Shown here piece by piece: positions 51,970 through 64,000 of a stretch of DNA of 64,000 bases (the first letter of the stretch is position 1; the number at the start of each line of letters is the position of its first letter). The notes beneath the pieces were generated by a model. The model ran no database searches and had not been told where the DNA came from. It saw nothing but the letters and a program-made list of their open reading frames with translations. The position numbers and the translations under genes are program-made. Source of the stretch: Psilocybe cubensis (taxonomy: Eukaryota); the NCBI GenBank assembly GCA_017499595.2, contig CM039009.1, positions 1,736,001-1,800,000 on the forward strand, in the 5' to 3' direction.

Positions 51970-53944
51970 CTATGGAATATCATGACTCGTAGGTCTCTCG
52001 CCGTCTGATAAAACTGTCCCAATGGAAGGCTGCGCAATTATTATATTCGTACTAAGCCGCTCATCTGAGTAATACGACTCAAAGACGTCGTAACTTGATG
52101 GCGTATCTGCGCTCGAGTTTTGCATTCTAGGTAATCGGTTGACCATGACTGACGCCTGCCGTTGTTTGAAAATATGCAGCAACACTCTGTTGCAAAGAAC
52201 TGAATGCATAACTCGTTGTGGACTGAAAATAACTCTAAACCAATTTAACCGCACAGGAGGAGAATCGGACTTACGTCGCGAGCCAACTGCCAAATATTCG
52301 CTTTAAGAGGTTAAGTTGCCAATGTGCTCAAAAATGAAGCTCAGAGACTCACTGGAGCAAGAATAGGAACAAGGACATTAGCAAGTGAAATGGCTGGTGC
52401 ACATATCAGAAACGATTTTTTCCCGAGAGCAGAGTTGCAGTCTCACAAACAAGGTAAAGATAGAATAAAAGCCCTGGCAAAGCAGTATTAGACGAGCTCT
52501 GTCAGGAACACGCTCGGCTGAAAGTGCTCACCTTCGCGGTAGAGTTTTGTGATCCAACCGGATCGTGAGTTTTGAACTAACAATTCATTATAGAGGTGAA
52601 TGACATTATGTAGACTTTGTCAAACGACACTTACAATGGCGGTACGCCTTGATTGCCGTCAAGACGGCCATAACTTGGGAATATATTAAATTGAGTCCGC
52701 CTCCAAAATCCAAAGAGACTCACCGGTTTCAGATAGCCCAAGGAAAATGTAAGCAACGATGATGATTTCACTGGCAGACGCCAAATGACAACCAGGGAGT
52801 TCCGAGAAGACATCTACTCCCAGTTGTAATGAGAAATACATCTTCCTTTTAAAGCAAGAGAATATGCTCACAGACAAACGAAGCCACTTCGATGCGTGTT
52901 ACAACAATTGCAGGAATAAAAGTTACCTAGGATCGTTAAGACAAAGGTCACTAACAAAACTTGAAGGGAAGGCCAATGGAAGAACGATAATCTGTAAAAC
53001 TCCTTTTGACACTCACAATACTCGAGATACAGAGAATAACAAAAACCATCCGCCTCCGCTCCCAAATCGCATACGTTCGTAACAGAAGGATAACTGTTTA
53101 CACATGCGCACAGAAAGACAAAATAAAAAGATCGTTCAGTATACACCAGTGACCCAACAGCAAATAATGACCCACCTTCAGAAATAATCAATCCAGACAC
53201 AATCAACCCTGAGTGGTTTCCAAACGCGACAATCAGGTCCGCAGAACCGGTACCAAGTCAATTCAAGGATCAATGACGCACAAGTAACAGCCGTGAACTC
53301 TCTCAGACATATCTGATGTCAAGATGTGCATGAGCATGTGGATAGGACATGTCAAAAGATTTCAAAAAGCATTTGCACGGAGATCGTCAGGACCATCAAA
53401 AAACCGAAGCAGGCAGAGATAAGACATGCTACCACGTACCTCCGGAGTATTCACCGAGAACTTGACTGCAAATGATACGTCAGTGTTACCACGAGTTGAT
53501 CCATCCAGCATCGGCTGTGGATGAAGAAGAAAAGAAATACGCCACGCACGGTGGAGAGACAGGAACGTGTCGACGAAGGGTAAGTATCTGTTGAGGAAGA
53601 AAAGGACGGTCCCGAACGACCACGATGCAGTCCAGGCATACGCGATCTAGACGGAATATGGATGCCAGACAACCAAGTCTTCGATTAAGGCTACTCATTA
53701 AGCTATCTCAGAACATAAAGCGTACCTCTTGGTCCAAAGTGCAGATATAATCATAAACCTATATTTACAGACAAATGAATATGTCAGATGCATGCTCAGC
53801 CACGAGAGGAAATTATCACTCTAACGCACCAACAACGTTCCACAAGCTACCAAAGTGCTTTGCACAAGCTGAGTGTCTAATATCTGTCAAGATGATTGAC
53901 ATGAGTGAGCCTGCCATCCACTCGCGCGCAGCTACGGCGCTCAT
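51970..53944 (-). CDS. DUF6533-type multi-pass membrane protein (start uncertain)
   Basis: Exons CGTLL|VYDYICTLDQE|IAYAWTASWSFGTVLFFLNRYLPFVD, and last exon PQRVMHSVLCNRVLLHIF. Confidence 0.75.
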
Positions 53945-54683
53945 ATAATTATACGCACCGTCAACGGTTGGGTACTACTACTCATCGTGAACCTCCATGA
54001 AATTCCTGGATGACGGACAAAGAAAGAATGCGGAGAAGGAGGTCAGAAGGCTATCGAGCGCAGCACATTATACAAATAGTGGAAGCTCGAAGAAGAGAAA
54101 GCGAAGGACAAGGCAAGGTGGCAGTGATTGTCTTCGAGACGCTAAACCAGTTTTGACTCATCCAGTCAGAAAGAAGCTATTAACAGGCCATATTGCCGAC
54201 TAGACCCATCGCGCTAGATTAACTTCTCGACGGTCTTGCCACCTTTGATGTGCAATGCTTGTGATGGTCATGATCACTCATGCGTCCCCGGGGCAGATTG
54301 GGGTAATCCATCGGCGAGTGATATTTCCGACTCGAATTGTGCACACTGATTTGACTGCAATCTACTCTGCGTGCACACTGGCATGAAACGAGCTTGCTCA
54401 GTTTTAGGATACATAGACATGAAAAGCGGAAAAGCTTACTGGATGGCATGTAAGATCAGAAGAAGTTCTTGGCCACTACAATGCCCACCTTATTCATGCT
54501 AGAACCTCGTTCCAAGTTAGTTTACAAATAAAAATAGCACCAGTGTATGTAAGTGCGTAGTAAGTAAGTATCGTAAGTATCCAGCTGATCCATCCAATCC
54601 ACTTCACAAAGTCCACGTACATCAGGCAACAACTCTAAGGTTAGCCGCAGCTTTGATCACCCATGGAATATCCTTCATCCAAA

Positions 54684-57600
54684 CTACCTCCCAAAACCCT
54701 TGAAAACCGCATCATCTGAGTCTTCATCCACAACAATAGGCGCAGCTTTCGATCGTCCTTTCCCAGCAGCTCCCCGCGTCGCTGCCGCGCGCTTGGTGCC
54801 TCCTGCAGGGGCCTTGGCTTTCCCTTTGACTTTGGGCTTGAGCTCAGACTGAGTCTGCAGCGTCTGGTCCACATCAAAATCGCTATCGGGTTCCTCAGCT
54901 TGCGTGTATCTTGACGAGCGCGCCCGAGAGCTCTTCGGCGGCACGTCCAACACGTTCTCGTCGACTTCCTGAATGTCGTCATCCGAGTCTAAAAATAGCG
55001 CGTTCTTTTTCTTGGCAGCCACCTTGGCCTTGCTGCTACTGCTTGTTGGTTTCTTCGACCTGCTAGTGCTAGCCACGCTCTCAGCAGTCGACGGAGGCTT
55101 GCGAGAGGTCCGCCGGATATTGACAGTCCCAGTTTCCTGAGTTTCCTCGTCTCCAAAGTCATACATTGATTGACTCAATGCTGTTGTTGCTGTGGGCATC
55201 GGCTGGGAATCCATTTGGGAACCCATATCCATGTCGTTGTTGTAAGATTGTGATTCTGTGTATCCCTCCATATTTTTGGATTTCTTCACTTTCCAGTAAG
55301 CTATGAGGATAAACGATTTAGCTTTATAACTAAGAAACCCAGGCTAATTCAACAAACTCACATGGATCTACAGTCGGTTCTTTGTCCTGAGTAGCGAAAA
55401 GCTCGATCTTTTCTCGAGGTGCCCTGGGAGCCTTCTAATGAAGTAGAAAAACACGTTAGCCCACTTAGCGATGTCGTAAAAAACGAAAGCAAAGATCTAA
55501 CCTGCTTGAACTTTTTAAAGTTCGGCCTCCCATCCCACGCAGGATTCCAGCTCTTCTGGCGCTGCGCCTCAATCGCCGCCTCGTCCTTCTTGTACACTTC
55601 CAGATCTACGATAATCATGAAATTTCCGCGCACGTCCGAATCATCTCCAAACTCCTTCAGCAGAGCCCACTCCTCCTCCGGGTCCCTGCGGTCACTGTCC
55701 AACTTGGGTTTGACAATCTGCAGATTGTTGAAATCTTTGTCGAATTGGTCTAGGTTTTCCGCCTTCTTCCCGCGCTTCCTGCTGGCGATGGCTGTGAGGA
55801 ATGGCTGGTCGGTGTCCACCTTTGACGAAGACGCCTGTTTGCACTTGGCCTTCTCAGCTTCCTTCTCCTGCTCTTTCGCTTTATTTTTCGCCTCGCGAGA
55901 ATCGAAAGCTTCAAATGTCGTAGATATAGGCTTCTTCGACGGCCCAGCTGGAGGCTCAGACTCCGCCGTCCGCTGAACAGCATTCACATTCTCTACCGCC
56001 CTCCTTTTCGCAGCCGACGCGCCTGTCGTCGAACCCACGCTCGCATTCGACACCGCACGCGATCGCGATCGTACCATTCCCGCTTCCTCCATACCCGCAC
56101 CGCTCTCCTCCATAGAGTCCAGTCGAGCACGCTTCGCACCCCTCGGCCCCCTCTCACCTGGCGCCGTTTGTCCACCCTGAGTATCTTCCTCATCCTCCTC
56201 CCTCAAAATCTCCATCGTCGACACCCCCATCGTACGCCCCGCGGCATTCCGTCTGCTCCCCTGCGTCTCGCCCGCCTGCGTTTGCGTCTGCGACTGAGTC
56301 CCGTTCACAATCGCCTGCACATCCATATTCGGGTCTGCGAGCGACCGCTTAAAGCGCTCCAGCTCCTCGGGGTCTTTCGCCGTCGATTCGAAGAGAGGTC
56401 TGAATTTTTTGAGAGGCGGCTCTTCGGGCTGCTGTGTCGGTGGGATGGCTGGCCATGCTGAGTCGGTCTGCGCAGTAGCCGATGCAGCTGCTGCAGCAGC
56501 GGCGGCGGCTTCTGCCCTCTTTCGCATCCTCTCGTGGCGCTTCGCCTCTGCATCCTAGTGTATACAAACAGATTTAGACAACAATCTGCCATGCTATATG
56601 TAAAAACAAACCTGATCTGTGTCAAGAAGCCCAGCGAAACCAAGCTTCCTCTTCTTCGAGGAAGCACCAATGTCACTATCTGGTGTAAAAGAATCATCCA
56701 AGTCTATCGGAATCCTTGGAATCTAACACAACAACCCACAATTAGCAATATCTTCGATAGGCAGAGCCACAAGAGCGAGAATAAAACACCAACTTTACGG
56801 GGCGGAGACGGGGCCTCTAGTTCAGCTGTCGTCTCACGGGACATTCCCAACCGCCCGCGACTGGCAAAAGGTTTCACCTCAGTCGCAGGCGGTTCAACAG
56901 GCTCAGGGGGTAGCGGCGAGGATACAGGCTTCAGCCGTTTAGATGAACGCTCAACAGGTTCAGGCGAGAAGGCTGCGACCGGCGCAAGCCTCTTACCCGG
57001 ACGCTCGGAGTTCTCGTCTACGACTGCATCACTTCGACGCTTCCTATTGGGTAGCTCATCAGGCTGCATGGTAGGTTCCTCTGGTATCGAATTTGGAACG
57101 TTATCGGGCAGCGGTGAGGAGCGAGGAGCGGCTGAAATGAGAGGATCGTTATTAGTTAGAGTGTTTATATAGATTATTTTTGAAGGGGGCTCACAATCCT
57201 CCGTAGGCACTTCCAAAACAGAGGTATTGATCTCAATGACAGCTTGGACAATCTTTGAGGGGGCGAATATGTCTGTTGAATAGCTAGGTAGTACAAAGCC
57301 ATCAAATAAAATACAAGATAGTCAGCAATCGATACAAAGGGAGCATCAAGCCACAAAAAAGATTCAAAGCACCTTCTTGCCTCTGAAACGAACTCCTTCC
57401 ACGTCGAGGCCCCAACCGCCGTCTGCAAAGAGTCTATATCACCAACAACAATTGTCTTCTTCCCCTCTTTCGCCCGACTCCTCGCCAAAACTCTTGGGAG
57501 TTTCTCCACGCCATCAGAGACTTTGAACGTTTCATAGCTCCCCCCACCGCGATCAATGGCCTCTCGAATCTCGGCGTCCAACTCGGTGGCCTTCTCTTGC

Positions 57601-58594
57601 ATACATATAAAACGAAAGGGCTTGAGAAGATTCACCCTCTCTTCGTTAGGTTCCCACACGTCGAATGTCTTCTGTTTTGGTAACAGAGAAGGAGAAAACG
57701 CAGGGCGGTACTTCGTTTCTACTGGCAACGCCAAGCGTTCTTCAAGAGAAGTGCCGGTCGCATTTTCGTCTTCCTTGTCTAGCGCACCCAGTCGAAGGAT
57801 TTCGCTGAGCCATTCGGGCTTGACGATTCGTGTCATGTTGAGCAAGGAGGCGATCATCGTCAAGTTGGCGACGTAATGGGAAGCCAGATGGTGTGTGACG
57901 TTTTCGTGCATCTTTTGCGATAGCTTTATGCCTGTTTAGAGAGTCAGGGTACACTAGCAGGTACTGATATGGATGCTACGAACCTAACGAAGCACAACCG
58001 TTAAGAGTCGCACTTGAAACCGAAGATTTACCCCGGGATGGAGGTTGGAAGATACATATGGGTCTCCATTCCACTCTGTGGAGAAAAATGTCAACCACGA
58101 CATGATTTTAGCTAAGCTTGAGTACAGAGCATGCGCACCTCACAAGTATCCCAGTAATAAGGGCAATAGAATCTCCAGATTCCAAAACCACCTTCTCGTT
58201 CTGCCCAGCCCCAATGAAGTCTTCTCTTCGCGTGATGGAGTACGTCTTGTCTTTGGCATTAGTGTTAAGTATCTCGAGTGTTGGAATAACGGTATGATCT
58301 CCCTAGAACTTAATGAGCAACTACAGAAACCAGCAGAAAAAGGACTCACAACATGGTCGACGGTATGCTCTCCAACGATGAAATCGCAATGATGACCGGA
58401 TATCTTCTTGCTATTCACTATAAGGTTCTGTCCCTTCCTCCCAAGGGAGTATGTTTTTGAGGGCTTCAGCAACTTTTGCTCTGCAGAGAAACCGTCAAGG
58501 ATGCCATTGAGACAACAGGACAGGGAAATCACTCACTTTCAAACGCCAGTTCACCTGGAACATCTGCGTCGAAGGGGCCAATTATTACCCACAT
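54684..58594 (-). CDS. NBS1: Nibrin/Nbs1 (MRN complex subunit)
   Basis: MWVIIGPFD start, FHA domain (YSLGRK..KKISGHH), BRCT-like region (THHL..IVKPEWL), Mre11-binding PNFKKFK and an acidic C-terminus ending DDAVFKGFGR. Confidence 0.88.
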
Positions 58595-59817
58595 ATTGTG
58601 TATACGGAAAGTTCTCTGCTAGTCCCCGAGGGGAATATTCAGCTCCGCTGGAATGAATGGTCGCCCTCTAACCAAAAACCAAAAAGGCATATGCAATGCC
58701 CTGAGGTGATGCGTCAAGTGTAAATGGGATATCTCACTACAAGTAAGGTCTCTACCGTATTCACTCTGTGGATAAAGATTTAAGTATCCACTAGGATCCG
58801 AGAGCGGGTATGAATACAGGGAATAGATGGAGGGGAATGTCACGGTACGAACTCAAGTCGCGTCCCGCAAAACCACAACGGCTATGTAATTAATACGATC
58901 ACGTGCACAGAACTTTCACATCTTATTGGGTCCGAACACCAGTCATCGTGGCACTGCTGGCAGCTATCCGTATATGACGAAAATATACGAATTAGAAACA
59001 TGTTTCGTGTTTAAAAATTGATATTTTGTTGCCAAATATGTTTTATATATTGCCTCAAAAAAAGTATCATATACAAAATGTATTTTCAACCTATAATTTT
59101 CGACTTTACTGGTGATATTTTGTACTAATATATGTAATAGTATATAAAAAGAATATTGATTCGTATTTTTTAGATAAATTCGTGACGCTTTTGTCACAAC
59201 TTTTAAATTAGATATACGTTATGTTTCTGTCAAGTATTTTGGAGAATTTTCAATCATATATTCTGCCGATATTTTTTGTGCAAAAGAATATTTTCAAATT
59301 CATAAAATGTATTATATATTAGTCACTTAGTGAGTCACTCAACAGTAAGTGACTCACTGAGAAGTGACCGCTTATTAATCAATGCCAAGGTATAGTGAGT
59401 GGTGAGTCGCTTTTTCAGTGAGTTTCGTAGCGACATAACACAACCTGAGTGTATCCATTTCAACTCCTTATCATTGTCTTAAAGGTCTACGTGTATCTAT
59501 TTTCCTTTTTCTTGAAGTCGAAGGTAACGTTTTCACTAAGTACATAGCATATAACTTGATTCTTTGACTTCCGGTAAACAGTGGAAGGAGATGGATTTAT
59601 AACTTTTCTTGTACAGTGATATTTTGCTAACACTGGCACTCTCAGCTATACAATGTGGATTGATTTGAAGGGACACGTTTCTTCAGAATAGTGCGTGATA
59701 CAATTTATTGTCATCCCGCAGGCCCCCGTATTTGTTATGAGTGAGTCTCTTTTTTGTTTGTGCTTCAAAATAAACGTCCAAAGCTACACCCTACAGACCC
59801 GCTCTATATTTTAGTGC

Positions 59818-59980
59818 ATGAACTCATCACCACCCATACCGCACCCAAACGCCAATGCATTCTCGTGGTATGTCAATTGTATGCGCGCACCCAGGGAGGT
59901 CCAGCAACACGAGCTCAGCAAGCAAGCCGGAAAAGTATGGAAAAGCATGTCCGACGAGGAGAAGAAACCATTCTATCTTG
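59818..59980 (+). pseudogene. HMG-box fragment
   Basis: IPHPNANAFSWY...ELSKQAGKVWKSMSDEEKKPFY matches the HMG-box consensus. No clear continuation. Confidence 0.6.
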
Positions 59981-60431
59981 TCTGCAACGGCTTGCAGTTT
60001 CGCTCATTCGTGAATTTTTTGTCTGTGCAATTCTGCAGCGACCGTCTGACACCGTCCCTTCTGTCGCACTTTGACTCACCTTTGTTCTTTGTCGCCATCT
60101 TTGGGATTGTCTTCTTGTGTGCCGCTACTGGCCTTTCGATTCCAGTTGACGACGATATCCAAAACGCTCTTCAGCCTCAATACAAATTGGGGTGGTAGAC
60201 TGGGGAGCCTCATTTGCACTGGTACACATACATACATAACCGATCATAACTGTGGATATTTCACCGTCTACGTCCCCTTTCACACCCGGTACACCTACCC
60301 GCCAGGAGCGCCATATCATTCCAGTACTATTAACACATCGCGGGCGTCCACACAAAATTGTACACGCTCACCGTTTCCGCATCGACGGCTACTTCAATCC
60401 TTTAACCTAACCCCACATAGTTGATACTCTA

Positions 60432-61755
60432 ATGGCTCCTCGACTCCGGGTCCTTGCAGGTACATCTCCTTCCTCGATGGTTCCCATAACACACCTCGTC
60501 AACACTCCACATTCACACCCTATCCGCTCCGATTTGTTTGAAGGTGAATTGGTAGCGCAGATTCAGAGCATGACGGACGAACAGGGAAAAGTACACGAGT
60601 CTGAATATTTCAAGAGAGAAGATCGCGGCGGTGTTACATGGAGTATCGTTGTCCGAGGTGAGTTTGGTTTGCCTATTTTTGGTATTTCGAATTTGCACGA
60701 TGTTCGAGTCGCGAGAAGGGGAAGGGTTATTCGTGTGATTCCGTGTGCTGACTTTCGGTGTTATTTTACGTTGGGTGGTGTGAAGGCCGGTTCCTCGTAC
60801 TCTATTCAGCGGACGACATTTTATTCGGAAACACATTCGATAGGCCTCTCAAATTACCATGGGGAACAAGCGCGGTACTTAAATTCATGCAGTACGCTCA
60901 TTTTATTTTTCTCTCCATCTCTCTCCATCTCTATATTTTTAACTTCAACTGATCTCCATTTCTATAGCTACATCGACCCAACTCTCAAACACGACCTCAC
61001 ATCTTCCACCAAGCCATGGGCACTTTCACCACTAATATCGACCATGCCTCATTTCATGCACACGAGGATTCCACCTTCTTCCTCCTCATGTATGCTACCC
61101 CCCTTCTCAGCAAACCAGTCCATCCAAGACAGGAACTCTGGGCTGTACCTTGCCCTCTCTGATGAGCTCGATGAGGGAGATTCTGCATCCAGCTCATCAG
61201 GAACATCATTCCGCTCTGCGTCCTCCTCCTCCGACAACGTTGCACCGGTAAGCCCGAGTCCCCTATCGACCGCCAGATCCAGCTCGAAGGGATCCTCAAC
61301 CGGCGGCTCGAGCTTCTCTGTCAAATCCGCCATGCGCAAAGTCAAACCGAAGCGTGCGCGGAGTACGCTTAGCACCGGCTCTTCTTCGTCGTCCGAGCAA
61401 GGAGAACGCCGTATGAAGCGTGAGCGGAAACTGCAGACGCTTTAGACAGCGTCGCAGCGGCGCAGCTACTTTGCGCAAAAAGCCCGCCGGCAGGTCTTCG
61501 GCCCGGAGGATGTGATCACGACCGATTTTTGTTATGGGTTTATCAGTTTTGCGCCGACGTTAGCTCCTGCAACTGCCCGGGGGATTGTCTTTTGACTTGA
61601 TGAAGTATTGGGATGGACAGCCGGTTCGGTTTGTTTGTTGTGAGCGGGTGCGGAAGGAGGAAGGAGGAGAAGATAGGAACGGAAAGGAGCCATGGGGAAG
61701 GATGTTTTGGTGTGTAGCTATCGAGATTGTGGATGAGGATGAGGATGTTAATTGA
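60432..61755 (+). pseudogene. DUF1769-family gene with premature stop and frameshift
   Basis: MAPRLRVLAG, SDLFEG, TWSI, ILFGNTFDRPLKLPWG, KPWALSPLISTMP, TTDFCYGF and DLMKYWDGQPVRFVCC. In-frame TAG at 61443-61445 and a +1 frameshift near 61566. Confidence 0.8.
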
Positions 61756-62519
61756 GCTGGGTGGACTAGTCTTGGATTCAAACATCTTATAACATTTGTA
61801 AGGGACACTGTCGGACTTATTGGATAAAAAATCTATTAATATACCCCCAAACTTGCGGTCCCAGGTAACTTTTGAAAGTTTCAAACGGAATGTCGTAGAA
61901 CTCGGAAAATGAAATTTGGATAAACTGTCATTTAATTGTTAATCTGGATTGGCAAATATCTCTACACAAACTACCCTGATGTTTGAAGCCCACATGACTC
62001 GGGCAAAGCTAAATGGTCGAAGTCGCCAATCATATACAGGTTTAGGGTTGTTGCCCGGTTTCACTGTGTTCGAGGTCACCATTTCAAAGTCAAGCGTAAG
62101 GAAATAGCTCAGATTTTCTTCTTCAATTGTGACTTATGTAGTAAACTTGGATTATTTGATTTTCAAATAGGATACCCGACGAAACCATGGGCCTGCAAAA
62201 CGTCGAGCACAATAAATGTCCACCTGATAATGTGGTTCTTCAATTCAAAGCATTGCGTCAGGCGTCATAAATACAAATTCAAACGATAAACGCCCAAGTA
62301 AAGCGTCTTAAAGCTAAATTAGCCGAACTCGAGGGAATTCTGCACATTATTTTCGAGCAATGCTTGACCGCGACTTGTTTCTAATACATCGTTTCAATGA
62401 AATAGAGCGTTTTTTCTTTAATGTTGAATTCCATTTATCTGTAAAACCATATGCTATCTGATATGTAGTTTCTATTCTTTTCAGAATAAATGATGGCTAT
62501 TAGTCCTTTAGTACAGGGG

Positions 62520-63370
62520 TGGACGCCATAACTTGGGACAGTCCTTCGGGTCCAGAGGATATGGTACAACTCTTGAAAACTATAAAATTGCGGTCAACGC
62601 TACTCTCTCCTTATTCCAGTATCCCAAGGTCTTCCAGCGCTCTTTCAATCATTACACTCCTTGACACCGTACTTGATCAGCAATATGTTTAAACATTCCT
62701 TTTTCACCTTGTCGCTCTATATTCTTCAAATACTGAGTGCTGGAGTCATCCAAGCACTCGGCGCTCCAAATATTCTTCGGGGTAGAACAGCCGAACGTGC
62801 AAAAGATATGATATGAACTGGGAAAAGCATAAACACCGTTGCTGACGGTAGATTCTATTTTCAAGTACCGGCCTCCAACAAAGTAGGAGGAGGAGGATAT
62901 GACGACGAGTCTTCTGCCTCGCCTCCATGTCATAAATTCTCATGGCGTCCCATCGTCGAACAGAGAGATGACTCAAAAGGAAACGCTGCACTCGAAAGTA
63001 CGCTCAACGATGTAGGAATTATGGATGGAATGTCTCTTATGCCGCGGATGACACGTCAGAAGAACATTGAGTCTAAGCGTAGAAAATATCGTCACCCCGG
63101 CAAGAAAGGCGACGGCTCGGAGCCTGACGACCAAAAACCGGACTTGAAACCTTGGAGGCATAAGGATAAGAAGTATGGAAACGAGAAGCCTGAGGAAAAG
63201 AATGCTGTTCTTTTTGACGTCCAAGTGACCAGAGAACAAGCACATTAAGACTCCCAGGAACCTGCTACCACAACAAAGCAGCCGGCTTCTGGAGGTTGTT
63301 TTATCCAGGATGTGGTAGAAGTAGAAACTGGAGCGGATGGAGGGCGACGGTGGGACGTACATCAACATTA
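62520..63370 (-). pseudogene. Possible degraded F-box-like gene
   Basis: Fragment CACSLVTW..RTAFFS among stops and broken frames. Confidence 0.22.
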
Positions 63371-64000
63371 ACTGTATTCATTCGCTAGGTATTTCTCGAT
63401 CTAGTGTTTCATTCTTTCTACCCGTAGTCCTTTAGGCTTTGATCTGGTCATCTTTCGTTCGTATGTGGTAAATTACACGCTCGTTTTGTTTTGATATTCA
63501 ATGGTTTCGTCGATTGTATGAATTTCATTAATTATATACTTGGTTTTCACCTTACGGTCTTGTCTTTTTTTGTGAACGAATTCGCCTATGTGCCACACAG
63601 CCGTTGAGCTGCGGAGGAGTGGGATTGAAGGGGGTAAATGGCCAATGGCATCAATAGCTAGATAACTGATCTGTGACGACGGCTTCTTACTTACCTTGGT
63701 CGGGTGGGTATTGAGGTCGTAAATGACAACAGGCTCAAGACGGCATGGAAGGATTGTTGAGCCGCATAGCCCTTCAACTCGTTTTGATGTTATGATATAA
63801 TTTTACTGGGTTATAGGTGCAGAATGGAAGAGAAATAGGTGGGGCAGGCAAAGGGTTGATGCAGGTCCAAGGTATGTCCATTGAGCTATAATTCAATTTG
63901 TGCAATGGCGATTGGATGAACCAGAAGCCCTTTTACGCAGGAAACTTGTTCATTCACTGGTCATATCCCTGGAGATGCGGTATGTTGATTGTACTAGGCT

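Noticed and set aside
55419..57876. Long plus-strand ORFs
   Set aside because: Antisense shadows of NBS1 exons.

Overview
Intron-rich fungal DNA with Agaricomycete-type genes, split by a 100-N assembly gap at 42514-42613. Right of the gap is mostly an ordinary core block: two DUF6533-type membrane protein genes, ornithine carbamoyltransferase, a cytochrome P450, a GT69/CAP59-type mannosyltransferase and NBS1. A decayed tail follows, with an HMG-box fragment and a DUF1769 pseudogene. Left of the gap (1-42.5 kb) is an accessory, mobile-element-like region. It carries highly divergent but spliceable paralogs of replication and cell-cycle regulators: a Cdt2/DTL-like WD40 protein, a ribonucleotide reductase R2 lacking most iron ligands and its radical Tyr, an F-box protein, a GRF-type Zn finger and a head-to-head LAMMER-like kinase/pseudokinase pair. 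It also holds a nucleotidyltransferase-like gene, a possible OB-fold gene, a truncated PIF1-like helicase, captured and decayed host genes, a TA-flanked MITE and an array of 29-bp 10-9-10 palindromes. The best novelty candidate is a giant cargo element or endogenised virus-like island that may manipulate host dNTP supply and S phase. All family assignments come from manual translation and remembered consensus motifs; no database search was run.
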